A DNA stretch of 64,000 bases from Yuukianura sp. NJ FZ-2021 (taxonomy: Eukaryota). The notes beneath the pieces are model-generated. The model did no database searches and had not been told where the DNA came from. It was given only the letters and a program-made list of their open reading frames with translations. The stretch is from positions 6,200,001 to 6,264,000 of the forward strand of contig CM102285.1 of assembly GCA_046563655.1 (NCBI GenBank), in the 5' to 3' direction. The position numbers and the translations under genes were made by a program. This document shows positions 45,754 through 58,524 of the stretch, piece after piece (within the stretch, counting starts at the first letter, position 1; each line of letters begins with the position of its first letter).

Positions 45754-48750
45754 TCACTTCTCAATCTTGTGGCCACCCATTGCCAGGTTGTAAAGCTCGT
45801 TGCACAAAGACTCGAATCTGTATCCAACTCTTACGTTAGCTACATTTGTGCAACCAGCGTCGTTTCCAGAAATTCCAGGTTCACGGAAGTTTTTTCCCAA
45901 CCAATATTGCTTTACCTGGTAAAAGTAACATAAGTATGTAAGATCAAATGCTTTTCACTTCCAAAAACTATTTGAGAAACAAATAAACTTACATGTTCCG
46001 GGAATCCGCACATGACCACAGAGTTCCTGGCGAGTTCGCACTGGTCGCAGGACGAGAGTCCGAATACTTGCGATGCGACTGCGTACTCTTCTGCCAGAGG
46101 TTCTGAAGTGAGGTGGAACATGAGTGGATCATCTGTTGAAACCGTCACTGGAATTCCCTCACTGAAGAATCTCTTCAGTGGATGCTGTGTGTATGGCAGA
46201 AAGAGTGCGTTGTTGCTCAAAGGAGACATTGCGATGTGAATTTGAGCCAAGTACCACAAGTATTCCAAGGCTGGATTCTGAAAAAAAAAGTATAATGATA
46301 ATGCTATGTATGGATCAGCTACGTTATCGTGCTATGTTATACTAGTGGTATATGTTATGCTATAGATTATATTAAATTATAGTCATAGATTCCATTACAA
46401 TATAGTTATATGTTATCTTATTTTATATTATAAATTAATACAAAATTACACAGGGATTGTGTCATAATAACCTGTGTAAGTTGAATTCCGTGCGAAATGT
46501 TCTCAGCTAGTAAGAACGTCGAAGCCAAGTGAACTGTAGAGCCTGATTCGCCAGCATGCGGGCGAAGTTTGATGATGTTCATTCCACGTTGTTCTCGAAG
46601 TTGATTTAGAATTGTTAGGTTGGCATGCATGTAGTAAATGTAGTAAGCATACGGTGGATTCTCAGCTGTATTCCATTCATCCGGTTTTGGCAAGTCGTGC
46701 GTCAAAAGTGGAGTTTCCTGCTTACTCTCATCGCTAACAGAGTCCATTGCACAAACCTGTAGCGCCATGAACGTATTGGTGTATGAAATTGAAAATTATT
46801 AATAAGAAGCGTTTTGCTACGTACGTATTGGAGAAACATGGCAATTTCAGGATAAGTCTGTGGATTCAGAGTGGCCAGGAACATCGGAATGAAGTTTCCA
46901 GCTAGAAACTCTTCAAAGTTTTTCACCGATCCTTCCTTGAACATCCCAGGGCTAAAAACATTATCGAAATTTTTTTAATTTGAAAGCGAAATTCCAAAAT
47001 AAAATTCCAGCTAAAAATCTGGTTCATACTAGCTTCTTGGAACTTGAAGCACCCATCGGTTGTGGTCCGAGTAAACTCCGAATTCCTTTGTCCAGTTTGC
47101 CAAATCCGTCCACTCTTTGACATTGTCTCCTGGTGAAATCCGGAGCTCCGAGTACATGTACTTGGAGTCCTCCCTTTTGTCTAGCATGTCTTTCACCATC
47201 TCAGCAAAGTATCGCCCACGCACTAAATTCTTTGTTGGTTTCAAAAACACTTTTCGCAGAAATGCTTCTCCAGCAATGTTGTACAAGTTGTCAAATCGGT
47301 CAAACCGATTCATCGTGCTTCTATCCTAAATATGAAAAAAACGTTTCATTCAAATTCAAAATCTCCAAATTTTTGCTTATAGCAGAATCCCTGCGACAAG
47401 CATAATATTTGACTTACTGCGTGAACATCCAACGAATCAATTGACAAGTCGTTGGGATGAATATTCAGTTGTTTCAGCAGTTGTCTCAACGTGGTCGGTG
47501 GATCATCCTTGACTTTGTTCGGAAGAACTGGAACGTCAGGCTCCTCCTCAACAGCTTTATCAATTCTGTTCAAAAGAGCACGGCTTGTCATACAAGCTGC
47601 AGCGTGAATGTGCGTGTCCACTTTCAGCACACTGTAGAAGTCACATCGTGGAATTGCATCCAATTCAGCTTCTTCAAGCGCCGCGTTGAGGTTGATATGG
47701 ATTTCGAACTTTGAACGCAGAAAACTCAACCGCTTGTCAGCAAAACTTCGAGTGGGACCGTCGTTAACCATTTCCCAAACAGCTTGAAGGTCATCAACGT
47801 GCCTATAAGCCAATTTGTGAAAAACTTTGCTTAATTTTATTTATTTAACAGCAACAAAACCTTTATTCTTATTTAATAACTTTGTTTTAGAAAATTTTGA
47901 ACCGCTTACTCATCATAAGTTGGATAAGGAATGTCAAACTGCCGGTTGAGATTGTCGTAAATTTCAACGATACCTTGCCGCATTTTGCATTCATGCCCCA
48001 AGTCACGTGGGAGTTGAACATCCCATGGATTTTCAATGTGCGGAACTTGTGAAACATCGCGTTTGCCTAAATTTCGGCATTTGTGAAACTTCGGATTCTT
48101 TTTTTGAAATCTAGCCCATGCATGTTCCTCATTTATACTCAATATTTCTAACCTATCGTAGTTAGAGCTGGTTTGTTTTGCGATTGCAATAGCTCCTCAT
48201 GCGCAGCGTCCGCAGTCCCCACTCCACTGACGACCCGATCATACGCGTTGAGAAATTCCGAAGTGATGTTACAGAATTCCTGTTTTGATCGCTCCATGTA
48301 AACTCGGCGCAGGCGCAAGCATTCCATTAACTTTGAGAAAGCAGTCGGCGCATCTTCGGATGGAATCTAAAAGAATTGACCAGATTAATATTCCATTGTT
48401 CTTACTGACTGCTTTGTTATTAATTATTATTATTAAATTATTTATATTTTATATGTTAAATCTTAGTTTAACATACAATCTCAATATTTAAACAACCTTG
48501 AACAATTTACCAAGTGATTGTGTGTGATGCGTGTCCGGTGATAATGTGGAAACTTGAGGTCAGCATGCTTCTTATGATCGTCTTTCGCAACAAGTTTAGA
48601 CGTAAATGCATCCAACCTAAAAATTTCCAGAATTGGAATTTTAAAATTAATTTGTGTTTGCGAAAATTAATAATTTCGTTTTCATTCAAACAACCTTTGT
48701 CGCAAGGCCTGTGCATTGGATTTCTTCTGGCCTTGGTGTTTGGAAGCCAT
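45754..48750 (-). CDS. AMPD: AMP deaminase, multi-exon and divergent; start codon tentative
   Basis: [95 protein letters not shown]. Stop at 45754. Confidence 0.9.
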
Positions 48751-49789
48751 CTTCGAACGAAAAGGCTGGAAGGTCAAATAAAATGAAAATTGAAACTTAG
48801 CGGCACTCGGGCTGTATATACTACTTCAAACTTCCGAACGCAACTATCGGAGCGACCGCCGGCCGTGGAAACCTATGTACTTATATACGCTTTGTACAAG
48901 GACACTCAATACTTGCCTAGAAACAAAATCCAGAATGTTGCAAGTTGTAAATCCTGTTTGTAATCACGACAACCAGTATGTACCAAATAATAATAAAAAA
49001 AGTTGACCTTTGGAGAACTTGTTGTCATCTAATTTTAATGCCGGTACCCTGCATTAGGTTGATTTTCTTGATCAGAAGCAGTAAAAACTATTTTAATTGC
49101 AAATTAGAAATAATATAAAAAAAATTTCTTGTACTTATTACAAGAAATTTTAAAATTACTTGGATTTAATACTAGTTAGGCCTTTGATTCAAGGGCAACT
49201 AATACAGTATTAGGCTATGAGGAATAAGGTATTTTTTTAAGTCTTTGGAAAGTTGTCCACCGTTTGAGCAAACATGATACTCGCAAAATTTGAAATAGTT
49301 GCACTGAAAGTACATGGTAGTTCAAAACTGCTCAACTTTCAAACCCCAAATGAAATCTTAGTTTTCAACCACGAAATTAATTTTTCAATTTACATGGTTT
49401 GATAAATGAGTGACCATTAATCCACATCGACAAATAATTCCACACCGTTATGTAGACTGTAGAAAATAATTTGAACATTGATTTTGAAATTTTGACATGC
49501 TTCAATCAGGCCACCAGACAGACAGACCGTAAAGTAGCTTTTACTTTTTTGTGGCAAAATATAACTAACCTTTCCTTATAAAAACATGTAAATGGTAAAA
49601 TACCAGTATATTTAGTAAACAACTTAATTCTACATTTCAGGTTCAAAAAGTGGACATCCTTCAAATTGTTTTTAATCTTTTACTATAATCAAGTAAAAAT
49701 TCAAAATAATGATTATCCAGTTAAAAAAACAAGTTTTTAGGATCTTGTAAATCCGCGGCACAAGGTTTTCTTCTTTTCTTTTCTTGGCA

Positions 49790-49968
49790 CTTTCCAATGC
49801 TTTCTTGATTTTGTGGCCGCCCATAGCCAAGTTGTTAAGTTCCTTCCAAAGAGCCTAAAACTGGTATCCACTTCGCACATTCACAGCGTTAGTATAGATC
49901 CAACGACGTTTACAGAACTTCCAGTTTCACGAAAGGTTTGGTCCAATCAGTACTAAACCGCTTTACCT
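49790..49968 (-). pseudogene. Degenerate duplicate of the AMP deaminase last exon
   Basis: Aligns by eye with 45754-45917 ([24 protein letters not shown]). Contains stops and indels. Confidence 0.7.
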
Positions 49969-50318
49969 GCTAGGCAAAATATGTGCTATGAAATAAAAAA
50001 TTGAGATCAAACAACTTCAACGTGAAAAATCTTTTAAGTAACTTTTTCAAGTAGAAATTAGCTCTTTCACTTACGTGCTTTGGTATCAATTCTAGTGATA
50101 TTGTCTAAACAGTAACAACATGTTTAGATTTAGGCATCCATTCAATGTTCACCGAAAGAATTTCAAAAGATTTACCTATGAATTCTCCTTTAATCGAAAA
50201 TAAGTATTAAACGGCACTTTTTAAATTTTGAGCAGACGTCGAAACTCTAAAATTAATTTATTTTAAATTCTTCAAGCCATTCGCAGATTCAAAACTAATT
50301 GAAGGTTGGTCCAATATT

Positions 50319-52996
50319 TCAAAGTTCATGGCCGTTTTCGTGAACGGATTCTTTGGCAACACGCCTTCTACAGATAAATTTGGACGTGGTTTTTACCAGC
50401 GGATGGAGGTATTCGTCACTAACTGTTTGCTGTTGACCAAAACCTAAGGTTGCCAAAATCCTCAAATGTAATTCCAAACAGACCAGAAATATATTATAAG
50501 TATAACGCATTAAATTAAAACTCCACCTCCTGTAAGAAGACTGGCAATAACTGCTACTATCAACGTGACCACTCCTCCAACAAATGGAAACAAGGTATAC
50601 GACAGTGTGAAAATTTTTGTGGGCCATTCTCTGTATAAAGATTTCCAAAAGCGAAGACATTAAAAACAGCAAACATAGGGCGACATCACATTTGATATTT
50701 TCTTACAAGCCATTGGTTAAAGATGGCATAGAGAATGTTGCATTCCTATGAGTGGTTATCATGGAAACTTCTTCCGGACAGCCTTCAATGCTGAACGGCA
50801 AAGGAATATGGGATTGGGCAATAATAAAAGAACCAGCACTGATGCACACCATTGCAAGGAATCCAACCGTCATTCCGTAAAGTGCGCCCTGATAAAGTTT
50901 AACAGAATTATATAAAAACAATTAACTATTTTTAAATTTTTCAGAATTATAGAACTAGGTGAACATACACTTTTGTTAATGAACGGCATCAAAACGCCCA
51001 TCACAAACACCATTCCCAGTGGACCGCTTAATGCTCCAAATGCTGTTGTCGTAGCAGCCAAAATATTCCCCATGTATGCAGCCATGAATGCCAGCAGAAT
51101 TGAAATGGCACCAAATCCCAAAGCTAATATGATGAAAAACAAAAAAAAAATTTAAAAAAAAAGCTGTGAAAAATATACAAAATTAGGCAAATTGTAATGA
51201 AAATTTTCTTTACCTATGCCTCGAACTAAGTTTGCTTTTCCCATTTCACCCATTTTTTGCATTGATGGAATTGGAAACAAAAAGTCTTCCCAAACAACTG
51301 CAGCAATTGAGTTCAATCCAGAAGAGATTGTGCTATTTTAGTTAAGTGAACATGCAAATGTTTTTAGTAATATTCAAATTTTTACAGTTTTTGTAATCAA
51401 CTGAAAAAATTCACCTTAATGTTGCCGAAAATACGCAAGCTATAAACAGTCCTAACATCCCAGGTAAAAATTCCAGTTGATCTTTTACAAAATATGGCAC
51501 AATTTGGTCAATTTTCGAGATTTTCCCTAAACTTTTGGGATCACAATCAGCGTAGGTTGCAAATACGACTATGCCAGAAGCGAGACACAGCAACGCTGTG
51601 AACAGATTCAGCGGAACTGCAAAACCGATGGCTCTACAAATTCAAAATTAGCGTCAAAATTTGTTTCCTAAGGCCTTACGTATCCGTGAATATCATGCAT
51701 ATAAGCAACTCACTTGACGACGTGCTTGAATGACGGTAAACTACTGTATCGTTGTACTTGTGGCTGATGTGTTCCGTAAACGCACATAATCGTGAATCCC
51801 TGTCCCAAAACAAAGTTGAGCATGTTATGACGCATGAAGGGATCCACTGTTGTGCTGTAAAGTTTCAAACGTTAGTTGACTAACATCTAACACTAGAGTT
51901 AAAAAACTCTTTTTTTATGTTATGAAAATTTTTGATAAAACATACTCCAATAAAACAAGGCGTCCATGTCTTTCCGCTTTGGTTATTGTTTGACTCACTC
52001 CGCCATTGGCTATTAGGCCATGAATGATGATAGAAATGAGTCCGGCCATTATCAACATCAATTGAAATACGTCTGTCCAAACAACTGCTTTAAGACCTCC
52101 CTGTTTCAGCATTCAGAACGCAACAGTCTGATCATAATTATACTTATTTTAATAGCTCAAAACGCATTTTGTAAAAAATAAGTTTGCTGACAATGGAAGT
52201 GTAGATGGTGGCGCACACTCCTAGACCAGTCACAGATTGCCAAACCGGAAGACCCATAAACGATTCAAGTGCTATTGACGGAGCGTAGAGACCTACGCCC
52301 ATCAGCAACGACATTTGAGCTATGAAGATAGACGATGCAAACCGTCGGACACATCGAGATTGGTACCGGTATTCCAGATACTAAAACATTAAGATATACA
52401 CATTAGATATGCACATTAGATATATTAAAATATAGATATAGTTTTATATTAGGTTACTACATTAGTTATAGATGCAGAAATATTAGCTATACATTACCTC
52501 GTATACACTAGTGAGCTTCATGTGGTAGAAAACGGATATTGTGAAGTAGAGGCTCAGAGGTACGAAAACAGTAAATAAAATGTTGAACATGAAAACTTGG
52601 ATACCATAGGCGTAAATTTCAGCTGGGTATCCTAAATTACATAGAATTAACACTGTATAAATTAAAATGTAATGCAAATTGATGTATAAAATAAAATTCA
52701 AGTAAAACTATATGAAAAAAGTAACTTTTCCAGGATATTTAAGTTCTACTTCACCGAAGCTCTTTCGCCTTATCGAATTTTAAATAAGGAACTTGTAGTT
52801 TACCAATGATATTAGTTGCACTCAAGTATGTGGCAAGCATCGATGCAGCTATCGGCATAACACCCATTTTCCTGCCACCGACCAGAAGGTCATCAGTGGC
52901 TTGTTTCGCACCAACAGCATAGTAAACACCAATCAAAACGGAAAACACTAAAGTTCCAACTACGACGGCATAATCGATCCAGCCAAACTCAACCAT
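50319..52996 (-). CDS. Sodium:solute symporter (SLC5A8/SMCT-like), multi-exon
   Basis: FGWIDY.VV..L..S.LIGVY, LVGGRKM..PIAASMLATYLSA, GYPAEIYAYG, GGLKAVVWTDVFQ, YADCDP, PGMLGLFIACVFSATL, GPLG..F.MG. Confidence 0.92.
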
Positions 52997-53349
52997 TCTA
53001 AAAAAGTTATGTTTGAGAATAATTGTGTGAATTCATGTACTAGATTTTAAATTGCAGGGAAATGTAAAGGTATAAAAAGTTTCAGGACAATTCTGATTCT
53101 GGTTATATACTAAAAAATTTAAAGCTACCGTGTAAAGTAATTTTTGAAAACTAAGCTTGGATTGGATATAATTGTGAGTAAAGTATTTCAAAGCCGGCAT
53201 GACTTTCACAAAGTCACCACTCCTGCTCAACTTTATACGAAACTGCATCATTTACAAAGAGATGTAGAAATGTAGACCGTTGGAAACGTGTGATTTATTA
53301 AAATGTCCTTCCTAATTAGCACATGTACATGAACCCCGAGCTTGTCACT

Positions 53350-53935
53350 TAAATAGCCAAAGCTACTTTATGTGTTGACCTTGTCTGTCTGTTTGTTTGT
53401 CTGCCTGGTCGTCACCGTCAATTACACCGAAAACGGCTAACTATTTCCGTAAACTGTTCCCTGTCACTCGGAGATATCTTCAGTGTTGAATTTCATCTAG
53501 ATGGGTCATATTCCGGGTCAAATGTCAAGGTTAACCGGTTTTGTCACTGATAACACGGTAAAAACTGTTCATCTCATCAAACTAAACAACTTTTAAATAC
53601 TTCGTATGATTTCAAGCGGCTTCCTTCAAGGTCAAATGTCAACTTTTTTCCTCTGGTTTGTAACTATAACTCACTATGTCTTCTACTGGTGATGGTGAGT
53701 CGGTATGAGCAGCTGAATGCAATGTCATCTTTCGCTACTTCTGTACAACTGAATTTATTTAAAGCAAAGTTAATAAATAAAAAATTAATGTGTAGAATAA
53801 AATAAAATGTGCAGTTTAGCACACAATGCCATGACCTCACGCGAAAAAACATCCTTGGACTTGTGAAAAGCTACATTTAAAACCGGGCTCGTCAGTCTCA
53901 TTCAGAGCTATATGCCATTTAACTTAAATGGTTAA
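53350..53935 (+). mobile_element. Older diverged member of the 44364-45175 HINE-like family
   Basis: aaatagccaaagcta start; degenerate TCTG tract; shared ttccgggtcaaa.gtcaagg..aaccggtttt core; 3' gagctat plus stem CCATTTAA-c-TTAAATGG. Confidence 0.6.
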
Positions 53936-54054
53936 CCTTGAGTTTTAATTCGTGAACAATTGGGATTTCCTAATTTGCAACCTATTTGCATATCAATCGG
54001 TTAACATACTATATGTGTCACATGTTTGAATTTTTTTACTGACCGTCTCATTTC

Positions 54055-54860
54055 TAGGGGTGGCAAACTCGATTCTAGAGATGAACTCGAATTCGAGTAC
54101 TCGTCCATTTTTTTCAGACTCGAGACTCTAGTCTGAAACTTTTCATACTCAAATCTGACTTCAAAATTGAACTGAATTGAAGTGCTAGTTTTGTTTACCC
54201 AAATTGTTGATTATTTTTAAAACAAAAACAATATTAACTTTTCAATTTCACATAAATGAGGAAAATATACCTCAGTGAATTTGTTAGCCCAATCCTGACT
54301 TTTTCCAAAAGTCCTCCTGTAGAAAGTTAGAAGGTGTGATGGTCTTTTAAGAAAACTATATTTTGGAATTTTTTAAATTTCCATAAAAAAGGAAAATGCA
54401 CTTTATTGAATTTGTTAGCTTTTATCCTGACATTTTCCAAAAGTAGAAAGTTAGAAGGTGTGATGGTCTTTTAAAAAAACAATATTTTGGAATTTTTCAA
54501 TTTCCCATAAAAAGGGAAAATGTATACTTTAGTGAATTTGTTAGCCCAATCCTGACTTTTTCCAAATTCCTCCACAAAATTTAGACCTACAAAGTGTTAA
54601 AAAATTGATGATTTCAATGTTAACGTTTCATAAGGCACATGATATTTTGTTCACAAATTGGAAAAGTGCTTTCGACGAAGAGACAATGTGTAAACCGATG
54701 TTAGCTTTTGGCGTAATACCGGAATTCACTTTTTTTACTCCTAGAATTGATGATTTAAAATCAAAAGTAGGACTCGAGTCTGGACTCGAGTATAGACTCG
54801 CAGCTAAAATTCTAGACTCGAGACTCGATTGTCAAAAACTGGACGAGTTTGCCACCCCTA
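54055..54860. mobile_element. hAT-type MITE
   Basis: 17-bp TIR TAGGGGTGGCAAACTCG. 8-bp TSD CTCATTTC (54047-54054 and 54861-54868). Subterminal GACTCGAG repeats. Internal ~125-bp tandem duplications. Confidence 0.92.
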
Positions 54861-55197
54861 CTCATTTCTCTTTGAGATTTGTGTGTTCGATTTTAAATTT
54901 TGCTAACTTATATTTGTAAATGGGGTTTCTGCCGTAAAAAGTAATCCTATTTTCTGGTTGAATCCATGGTCATGCCAATACTGATGACTAGGACAAAGAT
55001 TAGATAGCATGTAGGACACAAACTATGAATTTTGCAGTTTAACGCAAATTTAAGTCACAGTAAATGTAAGTACTTTGGGTGGCAGGAACTCGATCGAACT
55101 TTTTTTGCTACCAAAACGCAGTTTTGCTTTGAAGCAGCAGAAAAATTAAAAAATATCAACAAAGAAATACCGGCGTTGCGCAGAAGGAGATTCAACC

Positions 55198-56661
55198 ATG
55201 GGTCAAGAGTTTTCTCGACTCGAAGCAAACCATGCAAGACGACAAAAACGCCGAAGGCCACCGAGTATTTTCCGGCCGTCACCATCCGCTCCAGCACCAA
55301 TCAAGACTCGAAATGCTGTAGTGCAAACCGAATGGTCAATTCATCCAGAAACAAACCTCTCAGCCTACCAGGAAGCTAGTGCGTCGACGCCAGAAAAATC
55401 TCCGTCGACAAAGGCTAAGAAATCTGTAGCGCCTGCGCCTCGTCCTGAAAAAATTTCGGCCGAAGTAAATTTGAATCTTCTTAAAAAATCTACTTCATCG
55501 GACTCGGAAGACTCCAGTGATGATGAAACCGAAAAACCAACTTTACAGAACCTTCATGTACCACCACCGCCGCCACCATCTTCAAAAGAATATACAGAGT
55601 TACAACCAGAACAGACTACGCATGTGCATGTGCATTCTCAGTCGGAGTCAGGGCCTTCTGCGTTTGTACGTGTATCTCCAAAACCAGGCCCGTCTGCGCA
55701 TGTACAATCATCCCCGCAACCAGAGCGGCCCTTGCATGTACATTCTTCCCCAAAACCTACAATACTTATACCACGATCCACTGTGAAGTCCTTCAAGCTT
55801 CATAAAGCCAAGGGCTCGTTTCCATCGTCAGGACTACTAAATACTTGTGCAGTATACGACGGTGCAGATTCCGTTTTTATTCTGGGAGGCAAGGGCGGGA
55901 CCAACGTCTTCCTCAAGGACGTTTTGCGATATAAGTTGTCATCTGGCCAGATGAAACGGGTTGGTCACTTCCCACGACCAATTTGGCAAGGAGCTGCTGC
56001 AACCGTACGAAAAGGAACTTTCCTTCATTTTGGTGGGGAAACAAGCCGCGGAACGGAACACGGCGTTTACACGTTTAGCACAGAAAATCCGTTTCCGGTT
56101 AAGGTTGATGAGCTTCCAGAAAAGTTGGAAGTTATTGCAGTGACTTCAGATGCAAATGGAAAGCTTTTCTTACTGGACGGTTACAATAAAAGTGTCCATG
56201 GTTACAACTTTGAAGATGGTTACACTGGAGTAGTAACGGAGAAGTTAGACGCGGGAGATGGAATTGCAATTGCATGTGTCAATGGCATCATTTATGGTTT
56301 TGGCGGGAGCGGAGACGGAGAAGACCGTTCAATTTCAAACACAATTTTTAAATTTTCTACCAAAACAAAACGGTTCAAAATTTTGGATGCAGAGTTGGAC
56401 GGTGGATTTAGAGATGGTGCTGCGGTTGTAGTTGGCACGGATATCTACGTTATTGGTGGTATGAATGAAGATGGAATTTTTCGTTTCACAAGGTTCGACA
56501 CTCTGACGGAAACGGTAGAAGATTTGGACGTCTCCAATGACAAGGGAATGTTTATTCGGCCTAATGCCATTTACGTTCCAAAATCAAATCGGATCTATAT
56601 TTTTGGCGGGGTGATTCAAATGCGCTTGCCAAATGAAACAATTTACTACATTCAATTGTAA
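55198..56661 (+). CDS. Kelch-repeat beta-propeller protein with a Pro/Ser-rich disordered N-terminus, 487 aa
   Basis: Repeated hydrophobic-GG blades: VFILGG, FLHFGG, IYGFGG, IYVIGG, IYIFGG. Confidence 0.85.
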   Translation: MGQEFSRLEANHARRQKRRRPPSIFRPSPSAPAPIKTRNAVVQTEWSIHPETNLSAYQEASASTPEKSPSTKAKKSVAPAPRPEKISAEVNLNLLKKSTSSDSEDSSDDETEKPTLQNLHVPPPPPPSSKEYTELQPEQTTHVHVHSQSESGPSAFVRVSPKPGPSAHVQSSPQPERPLHVHSSPKPTILIPRSTVKSFKLHKAKGSFPSSGLLNTCAVYDGADSVFILGGKGGTNVFLKDVLRYKLSSGQMKRVGHFPRPIWQGAAATVRKGTFLHFGGETSRGTEHGVYTFSTENPFPVKVDELPEKLEVIAVTSDANGKLFLLDGYNKSVHGYNFEDGYTGVVTEKLDAGDGIAIACVNGIIYGFGGSGDGEDRSISNTIFKFSTKTKRFKILDAELDGGFRDGAAVVVGTDIYVIGGMNEDGIFRFTRFDTLTETVEDLDVSNDKGMFIRPNAIYVPKSNRIYIFGGVIQMRLPNETIYYIQL

Positions 56662-57072
56662 TCTAATTTTCCTAAAAATATTTTGTCAATTAAATACGAT
56701 TTTGCCATTTCGTCGGGATTAGACTTTTTTTTTTTTTTAAAAAAAAGTACCCAGAAAATCACTTTTTTTGTGCTTTTGGCATCCTAGTGTAAAGAATTGC
56801 TTACGGTATCATATTTTACAGCATAGGTATATAGCATTAATCATGCATCCTTTGTCAAAAATGTCAAAAAAAAAGCCTGATTAGATAATGAATAGGAAGT
56901 GAGAACTTGTAGGAAGAGCGACACACTTCAATCCAGTAGAAAACAACTTCAAATAATTTTTCTGCTTATTCTCGACAAATATTAAAACAATTAACAAAAT
57001 TCTCGAAATTTCGAATTCAGAAGCGGAACCCATCCTTTTTGTTACAAGTAACATTGATCATAGATTTATTCA

Positions 57073-58274
57073 ATGGACATAAAAATGAAGAAATACAGCG
57101 AAAAATTTTCCAGGGCAGAAGAAAAGCATAGAATCTTTAAAGGACGGGATGGTTCGCAACGTCGCCTGCACTGGTGAGAATTTTCCAAAAGTTAGAATTT
57201 AAAGTTTACATAACTCAAACTTTCGCGATGATATTCGCGCAAAATTTATCTACATTTCCATAAACGCAATACGTATTGTTTTGCATACATTAAGCAAATT
57301 TTGCTAGAATGATGAACAATATTCAATTTAGCCACAAAAAAAAACTTTAAAACGTTAAGTAATACCTATGTTTGTTTGTCCCAAATTCCCTCAGGCTTCA
57401 CCGAGCGCCAGGATCAATTCCTTCGAAACGGGCTGGTACATGTGCAGTTTATGATGGTGGAAGCACAGTTCTCATACTGGGTGGAATGGGAGAACGTTGT
57501 GGTGAACTCAAGGACGTTCTTAAGTACAATTTGTCAAATGGAGAAGTAAAACGTGCTGGCAGATTCCCCCAACTTACGTGCAATGGTGCAGCAACATCTA
57601 ATGGAGATGGAATATTTTTGTATTTTGGAGGAGGATACTTGAAGAACTCTTACATGGCCACCGAGATCTACGCCTTTACCACTGAAAATCCAAATCCAGT
57701 AAAGGTCAATGACCTTCCGGAGTCTACCAAAGTCAGTGCTGTGACATCAGATGGTGCTGGTAACTTCTTTATCCTGGAAGAGTGCAGCACAGGCGGCCGA
57801 ATACATCTATACAGTTATGAAGATGGATATAAAGGCGTCCTTACACAGATCCCTGATGTTAACTTTGATGAAGTTGCATTTGGTTTTTTAGATGGAAAAA
57901 TTTACGGATTTGGTGGAATTGGAGACGGTTCGAATTATTCAAGTTCCGGAAGAATTTTCAAAATCGATGCCAAAGAAAACGCGGAAGTTACAATTGTAGA
58001 CAGAGAAATTGAAGCGGGATGTAGGGATGCTGCAACTGTTGTCGTTGGAACAAACATTTATATCGTTGGAGGTGGAAACGATGACGAAGTGTTTCGGTTT
58101 ACCAAGTTCGACACTGTTACTGAAGAGCTTGAAGATGTTCCTTTTCGGCCTTACAATGTCGGAATGTGGTTACGTCCAAATGCAGTTTATGTACCCAAGT
58201 CAAATCGGATATATATTTTTGGCGGTAAAATTTCAGGAGCTCATAACCCAAACTTCTTTTATGTTGAACTGTAA
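57073..58274 (+). CDS. Kelch-repeat protein, tandem paralogue, 2 exons
   Basis: Exons 57073-57173 and 57395-58274 join in frame. Exon 1 KFSRAEEKH resembles EFSRLEANH of the neighbour. Same blade motifs, including RPNAVYVPKSNRIYIFGG. Confidence 0.8.
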
Positions 58275-58524
58275 ATCTCATTAATAAAAAAACATGAAAA
58301 AAGTCTACAAAATTTTGCTTTTACATTTTTTGTTTATGCTTTCAGAGGTTTGGAAATATTTGGCTGTCGACACTCCTTGGAAACAAAATTTTATTTCTAA
58401 AACCACTTTTTTTACTGAAAATTCGAAAATATTTTTTGTTTTCGGATGCTCTCTGTCACAACTCTTGTGATTTCTTAAAGACTTTTTTTTTTGTAAAAAA
58501 CGATTATAAACAAGGCTTGAATGG

